From an uncultured Methanosarcinaceae archaeon (GTDB lineage Archaea; Halobacteriota; Methanosarcinia; Methanosarcinales; Methanosarcinaceae), in the NCBI GenBank assembly GCA_963847185.1, contig CAWJYV010000010.1, forward strand, positions 576,001 through 640,000: DNA of 64,000 bases, given 5' to 3'. Positions 11,281-19,028 of this stretch are shown piece by piece. Below the pieces are notes generated by a model. That model searched no databases, had not been told where the DNA came from, and saw nothing but the letters and a program-made list of their open reading frames with translations. Positions within the stretch are counted from its first letter, which is position 1, and each line of letters starts with the position of its first letter. The position numbers and the translations under genes were made by a program.

Positions 11281-12253
11281 TTAATCGTTTACTCTTTCTC
11301 CGTAGGCATTTGTTTAACGATTTCGAGAATTTCCCGGCAAACCTTAACTTCCGCCTCTGCCTCAGCCAAGTGTTTTTCTGCATTGATTAAGTTGTGTTCA
11401 TAAGTGATTAGTAAATTAGCTCTTCTGGATTCAGTTAGTAATTCCATTTCATACCACCTAACAGAATTAAGACTGGACTGAACTTATATTGAGCGAACCA
11501 CGACAATAATATTGACAGGGTTATAGGAACAAAGCAATAGAACGGACGCTGTGACGAGCTTATAATGTGATCAAGCTGGAAACAGTGACCACTACGAAAG
11601 AAGGTCACTGGAAAAAAGTATTATTGAAACATATCCTTGTTTATCCCCAATTTGCCTTGTTAAGCTTTCAACAGCGATCTGTTGAACAAGGTCACTGAAG
11701 AATTCGAATGTTAACTATGTTCTTTCTACCCCTTACTTCTGTTATATTACTATCACTTCCAATAAAGAAAGTTCCAGTTTATACAGGTTTAAAAAGAGTA
11801 CCTTTTCGACCCAGATGATGGTTCTCCTGAATCAAGTGTTAAATGTTCTACATTCATTCGTTGTACCCCATCATCAAAATTCCAATGTCTTTTTCGATCT
11901 GATTACTTGACCGAACACTGGTTACAAAAACCCCATCGACAAACATTTGGGTAATGCCGTTTTTCGATTCAAAATCGAATATGTTACCGAACATTATATG
12001 TTTGTACATTTAGTTACTCTCACCCTGGATTTGACTATATGCTCACTGAATGTATCACTAATTCAGATCGAGTATCTCTATCCGTTTACACCTTTCTTCA
12101 ATAATGTACTCATTTGTAAGTATAAGCTACGAATTGAATCATTATTTTTACTCAGTAATGTATATGTGGATGTCATAGATTCAAAGCCTATTGAGTCAGT
12201 AACTTTCTGCAAACGTGTCGAACGTGGTCGCTGACTCCTGACCGCTCATTATA

Positions 12254-12427
12254 TCAATGACCCTCTTGAGATCCACTTTTTTGAATTGCAACATCTGCCG
12301 GACTTTTCATATTCGACAGAAACTCGATTAAATAATTGAGAAATTCTATTTCCACGTCTGCTCTTGATTTCAAAAATTCTGCGCTCCTTAGTCTTTCATT
12401 GTAATCAGCTGGTATTTCTCTTTTCAT
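12254..12427 (-). CDS. Small soluble helical protein, 57 aa (MKREIPADYNERLRSAEFLKSRADVEIEFLNYLIEFLSNMKSPADVAIQKSGSQEGH)
   Basis: Below the ORF-track cutoff. Open frame with a TATA-like element upstream; lies between two palindromes. Confidence 0.55.
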   Translation of the reverse strand: MKREIPADYNERLRSAEFLKSRADVEIEFLNYLIEFLSNMKSPADVAIQKSGSQEGH

Positions 12428-12660
12428 ATCCATATATCGTCTGATTAAAAATAGTCAAATTGGAATATATAGAAAGCTCACAGGGACAATTATTTTAATT
12501 CAGTGATAAGAACAGTAGAGAACTATGTTACTGAACTAATGTAGAATTTCTAATTTAACCACATGGAAAAATAGACTGAATGTGGAAATTGTCCTACTCA
12601 TTATAATTTTAAAAGAATAAATCGATAAACGCTTTTATAATCTCCAGACACGCTTTTAGT

Positions 12661-12756
12661 ATGTTTTATGAGTATTCGAGGTTGCTTTTCTTTCTGCCGT
12701 TTGTCGCACTATTTCTTTTCCTTGCCATCTTATTTGTGATGGCAATGAGGTTATGA
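12661..12756 (+). CDS. Small single-TM protein, 31 aa (MFYEYSRLLFFLPFVALFLFLAILFVMAMRL)
   Basis: TATA-like TTTTATAA about 25 nt before the ATG (leaderless geometry); T-rich tract after the stop; lies between two palindromes. Confidence 0.55.
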   Translation: MFYEYSRLLFFLPFVALFLFLAILFVMAMRL

Positions 12757-12889
12757 ATGTTAACTTTTTCTTGCTTTTCAGTGACCTTCCTGAATCGATA
12801 AAGGTTACTGACAAAAAAGCAGAGAACTATGTTTCTGAATAAAAAGAGTAATAAGGAACGTGGAGGGAGGGGAGGTGGTTATCCCCAAG

Positions 12890-13273
12890 TTACCTTCTGT
12901 TTCCGTGGTACTTGTTATAATCGCTGTACCATTTTCCATAATTTTTGTTCCATTTCCCGTAATTGTTGTTCCACTTCTTATAATTGTTTAACCATTTCAT
13001 ATACAGGCTGTACCAGTTGTTGTACTCTTTGCCATGCTTCTTCTCTCTGTCCCACTTTTTCTTCTCCCCTTCCCACTTTTTCTTCTCTCCGTCCCATTTT
13101 TTATTCTCATTTCCCCACTTTTTCTTCTCCCCATCCCATTTTTGTTTCTCGTTTCCCCACTGGCTCTCACCTTTCTGAGGTGCAGCATTTACTGATGCAA
13201 CTGTCACTGACAGCACAAAACAAATTGCAAGCAAAATACCCATTATTTTTTTTATTTTCAGCATATTTGCCAC
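12890..13273 (-). CDS. Secreted low-complexity protein with Trp heptad repeats
   Basis: Signal peptide (MLKIKKIMGILLAICFVLSVTVASVNA), then WGNEKQK-WDGEKKK-WGNENKK... and WNNNYGK-type heptads; 21-bp DNA periodicity. Confidence 0.8.
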   Translation of the reverse strand: MANMLKIKKIMGILLAICFVLSVTVASVNAAPQKGESQWGNEKQKWDGEKKKWGNENKKWDGEKKKWEGEKKKWDREKKHGKEYNNWYSLYMKWLNNYKKWNNNYGKWNKNYGKWYSDYNKYHGNRR

Positions 13274-13313
13274 TCCTAAAATTTGTTAACCCCATTATTA
13301 ATACTAATATTCA

Positions 13314-13351
13314 GGTTAATCTGGATTAATCTGAATTTATCCAGATTAACC
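13314..13351. repeat. 13-bp perfect inverted repeat upstream of the Trp-repeat gene
   Basis: GGTTAATCTGGAT-N12-ATCCAGATTAACC. Confidence 0.8.
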
Positions 13352-13969
13352 CAGATGCTTCTAAATGCACTATTTTTTTTTAAATTGTCTCCCAAATTAT
13401 TTTCATTTCGTTTTTTAATCGTTTTTCAACTACCCGTCAGCTGCCGGAGTTGATTTATTTTTGTCTTGCCGACTATCTTCGACTTAACAACCATAATATT
13501 GACCAAATTAAATAAAAAGATACTTATTATAACTACATATATAAAAGTAAGACCATTATTAAAATAAGTGTTATTAAAGTGTTTATTGGAAAAAAGAGGA
13601 TTCGTAGATACTTAGAGAACAAGCTATTGGTCTTTAAAGGGTTGATAGGCATAAAATAAGCGTTTGAACCTTTATTATTTGTGACCTTCCTGAACATAAG
13701 AAGAGGTCAATGACTCGGAACAACGAAGGTCAAACAACGAAGGTCAAACACCAAAGCGCAAACCCTAGATATAATACAATTTCAACGAATTCATCGAATG
13801 TAATATCAAACCCCTCCTTCAATCTGTCCAATACAACATTTCGATAAACGTGGAGTTTGAACTTATAATGGACGCATGGAGAAATTTATTTAAATCAAGT
13901 AATAGGAACAATGATACCACTTATATAATATTTAATGACTTTTTAGCTGTTCACATACATTAATAACTA

Positions 13970-14233
13970 ATGATGTCCATCAATATTCATGAGTTGAAAA
14001 CTATGGAAAAAATAGTCAAAATAGTAACTTATCTCTTAGCCGCTATAGGGCTCGCTTCTATTGTAAAACATATACACACCATGCGCTCAAAAGAAGGTTG
14101 TTGTTTGTGTGGTTGGCATAAAAAGAAAGAAGAAGAGGAAAAACCAACTGGTGCAACTGCATCGCATAAAACGAAAGAAGAAGAGGAAAAACCAACTGGC
14201 TCAAGATATGGTTCCAATCCGGTGAAATACTAA
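13970..14233 (+). CDS. Small membrane protein with a duplicated KEEEEKPTG motif (start possibly 14003)
   Basis: TM segment IVTYLLAAIGLASIV; GCCLCGWH; internal duplication with a 48-bp period. Confidence 0.65.
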   Translation: MMSINIHELKTMEKIVKIVTYLLAAIGLASIVKHIHTMRSKEGCCLCGWHKKKEEEEKPTGATASHKTKEEEEKPTGSRYGSNPVKY

Positions 14234-14574
14234 TATCCTGAATTCATTTTTATTCTTTAATCGAGTCTGGTTAACATTGCCGGTCAGGTATCTCTGGTAG
14301 CAAGCAGCTCCTCGTGAGCGCGCTCGTGAATGATATCAGGCAGTTGGAATCCATCTCAGTGTGAAGGAGACCTTTGTGGAGTTCTTGATGAGCTCGACGA
14401 GCTCGGGATCATCCCAGATCCTCTAACAATCCAGGCACTAACCGGGGCGTCCATCTGCTGGGATGATGATGCTTTTTGGGATGTTTCAGCCAGTAAAGTA
14501 TATGCGTAGGGTGGGGGCGTGCCGGCAGGATTCGTGCAGGTCTGGGAAGATACAATCCAGGATACCTCAAGAAA

Positions 14575-14830
14575 ATGCCAAAAAGAGCTGGCACTATCAA
14601 ACTGTACGACAGAGACAACAATCTAATCCTGTCCAAATGTTGCCAGAATACCCCTGCTTGTCTCTGGCTCACGATTTCTGCATCTAATCCCTGCAGTCGC
14701 GCTCGTGTAGTATTATATCACTACTTTTCCAAAAACAGTTTGACATTTAGTTCTTCTTTTGAATCAGCCCTTTGATATTGATTCTTTCATTGAAACAATA
14801 TACAGGAAGTATGGACAAGTTTCCCCTTTT
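14575..14830 (+). pseudogene. Remnant paralogous to 10977..11280
   Basis: Same alignment as for 10977; similarity continues past an in-frame TGA at 14773-14775. Confidence 0.55.
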
Positions 14831-15114
14831 TGAGTAGATTAGCGGGAAGAATTACCCTTTCAGACCTCAGGAGCAAGGTAAAGTATGGGGAGATAAACAA
14901 AAAAATAGGAGACATAGCTACCCGAAACCTTGCAGTTGCTTATCCTGACGAAAGCCTTGACATTATCCTCAATCGTCTTGCAGTAAAAGAAATAGGACGG
15001 CTTCCGGGAGTTGACAGAGAGGATAAAACAAAACTTCTTGGCCTGATCACTCGGAGCGATATCGTAAATTCGTATAACAAGAAAGTTGTCGAAAAATTCC
15101 GGGATCCATACTGA
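14830..15114 (+). pseudogene. 5'-truncated CBS-domain gene fragment (possibly the C-terminus of a ClC channel)
   Basis: VAYPDESLDIILNRL...IGRLPGVD...LLGLITRSDIV is about one and a half CBS domains; begins abruptly at the edge of the accessory block. Confidence 0.65.
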
Positions 15115-15223
15115 AAAACAGTAAACCTAAAAAGATCCCCTTGCAAAAAAGAATAGAACTAGAACGGATATATCCATATAACGGATATATTCTTGTATAT
15201 TCCTTACAAATGGTGGGGGCCTT

Positions 15224-18200
15224 ATGTCTGGAATTAAAAGCAGCTTAAGCGGGGAACTGGAAAGGTACCTGAGAAATATAATACTGGAGGATAGGGGTGA
15301 ATTATGTAGTTTTTACATAGAACTATCTGCCAGAGAAATGTTACCAATCACGCGCCGACTTTTTGAAGAAAAAGTTTCCCTTCCTCATGAGTTCGAACTC
15401 TCGGAACTTGTGGAAAAAGAAAAACATTTAATGATTTACGGAGAAGCAGGCCAGGGAAAAACAATAACCCTTAAATGGCTGAATACTGCCTTTTCCAGGA
15501 AGTTTCTTGAGAAAAAAGAAGGGTATATTCCAATTTATGCAGCCCTTGATTCCTATGTAAAAGGCTCTTTTTACGATAATTTGAAAGCAAGTGCAAAGAA
15601 AAAGGGTATTTCTGAGCCCAATTTCAGGAAGTTACTCGATGGAAGAGCTCTTTTTTTATTAGATGGGCTGGATCTACTAACGCCTGCTGAAAATTTTTCC
15701 CCTTTTGATGAGATCTCAGATTTTATTTCCGAGTATGAAGATTGTCGATACGTTATTACTTCAAGACCAGGGCCTTTTGGCAGTATAAAAAGTACGTTTG
15801 CACTGTCAGAGCTAGAAAAATTGTCAGATGAAAAAATAAGATATTTCATAGAAAAGCAAGTTCCGAATAAGAGACAGGCGAAGCTTTTGAAAGCCCGAAG
15901 CCTGAATGGAATACATTCAAAATCAATTTTAAGAAATCCGCTACTACTTACTCTCTGGATCAGAATTTCAATTGCTCGAATGGAAATGACAGAAAAAACA
16001 AGAAATAATCCAAACTTTATATCCCCCGACCTTATATCTTCTGAATTTATATCTTCCGACCTTATATCTTCCGAATTTATATCTTCCGACTTTACATCCT
16101 GCGATGTTGCTCCTTACGACTTTGTTTCCTCCAATCGGGCAGAATTATACCGAATTTTTATCTCTGAGCTTCTTAAAGACCCCCGACTAAGAGAAGATTT
16201 TTTAGATTCCGAGAACTTTCTCCTCTCAAAAATAAACGATAGGAAAACAAATTCTAAAAACACAACCTCTGAAAAATTGACTTTTGAAAGGGCAGATCTA
16301 AAAAGAGTAGATCTTGAAAATGTTCTAATGAACCTGGCCTTCATAATTCAGTGCAGGAACAGGATTTCATGTAAATATAGTTACGCTCTTAAGGTGGCAG
16401 AAGAGTGTGTACGCAGTACTTCTGGAAGAGTAAAAGCCAGAAACCTTCTTCACGCCTGTTTTAAGCATGGGCTTCTTACCAGAAAGGGTTCTGAAGTAAG
16501 ATTTGGGATAGACAGATCTTTTCAGGAATATTTTGCAGCTCTAAAGCTGAAAACATACTTTGAAAGCGGAGTGGATATCTCTGAAGCATTCAAGCATCCG
16601 AGATGGGAAAATGTAGTCTTATTTACTTCGGAACTTGTCGAATCAGGAGAGGAACTGGTGGACTCTATAGTTTCAAGCGGAAATTTATATCTTGCCTCAA
16701 AATGTGCCATGAAAGCCAGTCCTGAAACGAAAGAAAAATTATGCACACTTCTTTCCGGGAAACTCGATAGTAGATATATGGTGGAGAAAATAAGGGCAAT
16801 CCAAAGCCTTGGAAGGCTGGGAGCCTGTGGAATAGGAGCTAATTCGGGAGCACTTGAAGACGAAGATATAGGAGTTAGAAGAGAAGCTGTAAGGGTTCTT
16901 AGGGAAACAAAATCAGAAATAGCACTCTCCTTTCTTGAAGCTGCACTTAGAGATGAAGATTACTCTGTGAGGATAGAAGCTGTAAAGGCTTTAGGCACTA
17001 TAGGATCCGAGAAAGCTGTGGAATTGCTCTCAAATACATTTGAGGATAAAATCCGTGCTGTCCGTCTTGAAGCAACCGATGCGCTGGCGCAGATCGGATC
17101 AGAAAAGGCACTTGAAGTCCTTGTTTCCGCACTTGGGGCAAAAGACGATTTTGTTCGTTTTGGAGCTATAGGAGCGCTTGGCAGAGCAAACTCCCAGAAA
17201 GTGGCTGAGGCCCTTATAAAAGCATTTAAGGAAGAGGACAAGCTTACTCGACTGGGAGCTGCCGAGGCTCTGGGTCAGATGAAATCGGAAAGAGCTGTTG
17301 AACCTTTTGTAGACGCTCTGGGAGATAAAGATGAGTTTGTACGATGGATAGCTACAAAGACTCTTAGAGAAATAAAATCTGACAAAACCTACGATACATT
17401 CATCAATATGCTTGGGGATAAAAGCCGCTTCGTCCGTCGGGAAGCCGCAAAGGGGCTTGGTGTGCCAGGGGCCGATATAACACTTGAACCTCTCGTTTCT
17501 GCGCTTTCTGATGAAGATGAATATGTAAGAAAAACAGCCGCGGAATCTCTGGGGGAAATAGGGTCTGAAACAGCTGCTAAAACTTTGATAAATAAGCTTA
17601 ACGACAAAAGCCATTTCGTCCGGCTGGAGGCTGCAAGATCCCTTGGAATGATAAAAGTCAGGAAAGCTGCTACCCCTCTTCTTTTTGCACTGGGAGATGA
17701 AAATCATTTTGTAAGAAAGGAAGCTGCAAACGCACTCGGACAGCTGGAATCAGGAAGAGTTTTTGAGCAGCTTGTTTATGCTTTTAAGTCAGGAGATCGC
17801 CTTAGAAGGCAGGGAGCAGTAAGGGCCCTGGGACAGAAAAATCTGGATGGGATTCCGGACAGGATCTCGGATAGAGTCTTCGATTTTCTTGACAGTGCTC
17901 TTAATGACGAAGATAAGTTTGTACGGAAAGAAGCAGCAAAAGCTCTGGGAAATATCTCTGAAAGCAGATCTGAAAGAGCTTTTGAATCCCTGATTAATGC
18001 CCTTGATAATGAAGATAGTGAGGTCAGGAGGCTTGCAGCCGAATCCCTGGAATTTTTTAACTCTGAAGAAGCCGTTCCTCAACTGATATATGCACTTAAG
18101 TCCGAAGATGCAATTGTACGAAGGTCTGCAGCTAAAGCCCTTGATCAAATACACTCTAAAAAAGCCCTCAAGCCCTTGATAGATGTTTTAATTTTCGACA

Positions 18201-18679
18201 ACGATGGTTCTGTGAAAGAAGAAGCTGCAAGAGCTCTTGGAAAACTAAAAGCTAAAAAAGCTGTAGAGCCTCTTATTGACGCTCTAATGGATGAAAATAA
18301 TGAAGGAAGATGGGGAGCAGCAGAAGCTCTGGGCCGGCTTAAAGCTGAAAATGCAGTCGATAATCTCATCATTGCTCTTGAGGATGCAGATGAATTCACC
18401 CGGCTGGCTGCTGCAAAAGCCCTGGGGAGAATAAAATCAAAAAAAGCAGTAGAACCCCTCATCAGCACACTTTATGATTGGAACCGCTTCGTAAAAGCAG
18501 AAGCTGCAGGCGCTCTCAGTGAAATCTGTACGAAAGAGGATGAAGCACAATTGAAAGCTTTACTTGACTCAGAATACGAATTTGCAGCAAATCTTGCCTT
18601 TGAGATCCTGGAAAGAATCGAAATAAAGGAAATATTAAAAACCAGGCTGTTTTTAGATTTATATAAGGAAAAAGATTGA
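15224..18679 (+). CDS. NACHT NTPase + HEAT-repeat protein (NLR/STAND-like)
   Basis: Walker A GEAGQGKT, Walker B LLDGLD, ITSRP, NPLLL, SFQEYFAA, then a long array of about 31-aa HEAT repeats. Confidence 0.9.
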   Translation: MSGIKSSLSGELERYLRNIILEDRGELCSFYIELSAREMLPITRRLFEEKVSLPHEFELSELVEKEKHLMIYGEAGQGKTITLKWLNTAFSRKFLEKKEGYIPIYAALDSYVKGSFYDNLKASAKKKGISEPNFRKLLDGRALFLLDGLDLLTPAENFSPFDEISDFISEYEDCRYVITSRPGPFGSIKSTFALSELEKLSDEKIRYFIEKQVPNKRQAKLLKARSLNGIHSKSILRNPLLLTLWIRISIARMEMTEKTRNNPNFISPDLISSEFISSDLISSEFISSDFTSCDVAPYDFVSSNRAELYRIFISELLKDPRLREDFLDSENFLLSKINDRKTNSKNTTSEKLTFERADLKRVDLENVLMNLAFIIQCRNRISCKYSYALKVAEECVRSTSGRVKARNLLHACFKHGLLTRKGSEVRFGIDRSFQEYFAALKLKTYFESGVDISEAFKHPRWENVVLFTSELVESGEELVDSIVSSGNLYLASKCAMKASPETKEKLCTLLSGKLDSRYMVEKIRAIQSLGRLGACGIGANSGALEDEDIGVRREAVRVLRETKSEIALSFLEAALRDEDYSVRIEAVKALGTIGSEKAVELLSNTFEDKIRAVRLEATDALAQIGSEKALEVLVSALGAKDDFVRFGAIGALGRANSQKVAEALIKAFKEEDKLTRLGAAEALGQMKSERAVEPFVDALGDKDEFVRWIATKTLREIKSDKTYDTFINMLGDKSRFVRREAAKGLGVPGADITLEPLVSALSDEDEYVRKTAAESLGEIGSETAAKTLINKLNDKSHFVRLEAARSLGMIKVRKAATPLLFALGDENHFVRKEAANALGQLESGRVFEQLVYAFKSGDRLRRQGAVRALGQKNLDGIPDRISDRVFDFLDSALNDEDKFVRKEAAKALGNISESRSERAFESLINALDNEDSEVRRLAAESLEFFNSEEAVPQLIYALKSEDAIVRRSAAKALDQIHSKKALKPLIDVLIFDNDGSVKEEAARALGKLKAKKAVEPLIDALMDENNEGRWGAAEALGRLKAENAVDNLIIALEDADEFTRLAAAKALGRIKSKKAVEPLISTLYDWNRFVKAEAAGALSEICTKEDEAQLKALLDSEYEFAANLAFEILERIEIKEILKTRLFLDLYKEKD

Positions 18680-18762
18680 AAAAACACAAGAGAGAGTAAA
18701 ATTTAGAGGATAAATAAACGACCAAACGGCCTTATCCTCCATACTGAATTGTTTCTGTCACA

Positions 18763-18824
18763 CCCGAATTCCGCTTCGGGAGCACGGGGTCCTTTTCGCT
18801 TCGCTCAAGAGGACTAATTTATGG
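18763..18824. repeat. Dispersed non-coding repeat, copy 1
   Basis: CCCGAATTCCGCTTCGGG hairpin plus TTCGCTCAAGAGGACTAATTTATGG, similar to 43270-43430. Confidence 0.7.
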
Positions 18825-19028
18825 CTATAACAGTTATTTTCAGTCAAGAGACATAAATTCTAGATCATTTGACCCCTACAACCTTATTCACTATATTGGG
18901 TCGTTCCTGTTACGCTCGACGCAGGAGAGCGGTCTTTCCCGCGCAAAATAGAAAGAATTAATTTAGATGGTTTCAATAAGGGAGCTGATCGAGAAATAAA
19001 GAAGTAAATTTTTACCAACAGGGATAAA

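Larger units (their letters stand above)
9686..13713. repeat. Dispersed imperfect palindrome family TCAGTGAC...GTYACTGA
   Basis: Two-armed copies at 11583-11610, 11672-11697, 12193-12237, 12499-12535, 12778-12811 and 13681-13713. Single arms at 9686-9693, 9856-9862, 10084-10093 and 10824-10832. Confidence 0.75.

Noticed and set aside
11700-12190. Intact gene between hairpins 11697 and 12193 (ORF 11947..12234 or a minus-strand frame)
   Set aside because: No convincing start signals or recognisable motif. The minus-strand frames are broken by stops, so at most a decayed gene.
13200-13212. GTCACTGA match inside the Trp-repeat gene as an array site
   Set aside because: Falls on Ser-Val-Thr codons of the signal peptide and has no convincing partner arm; probably chance.
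12829-13329. Plus-strand ORFs with FSSPHF-type repeats
   Set aside because: Reverse-complement shadows of the Trp-heptad gene, which has the signal peptide and SD.
9686-13713. Canonical integron (attC array)
   Set aside because: The hairpins lack RYYYAAC/GTTRRRY ends, the genes are in mixed orientation, and there is no intI in the window. Kept only as a cassette-like hypothesis.
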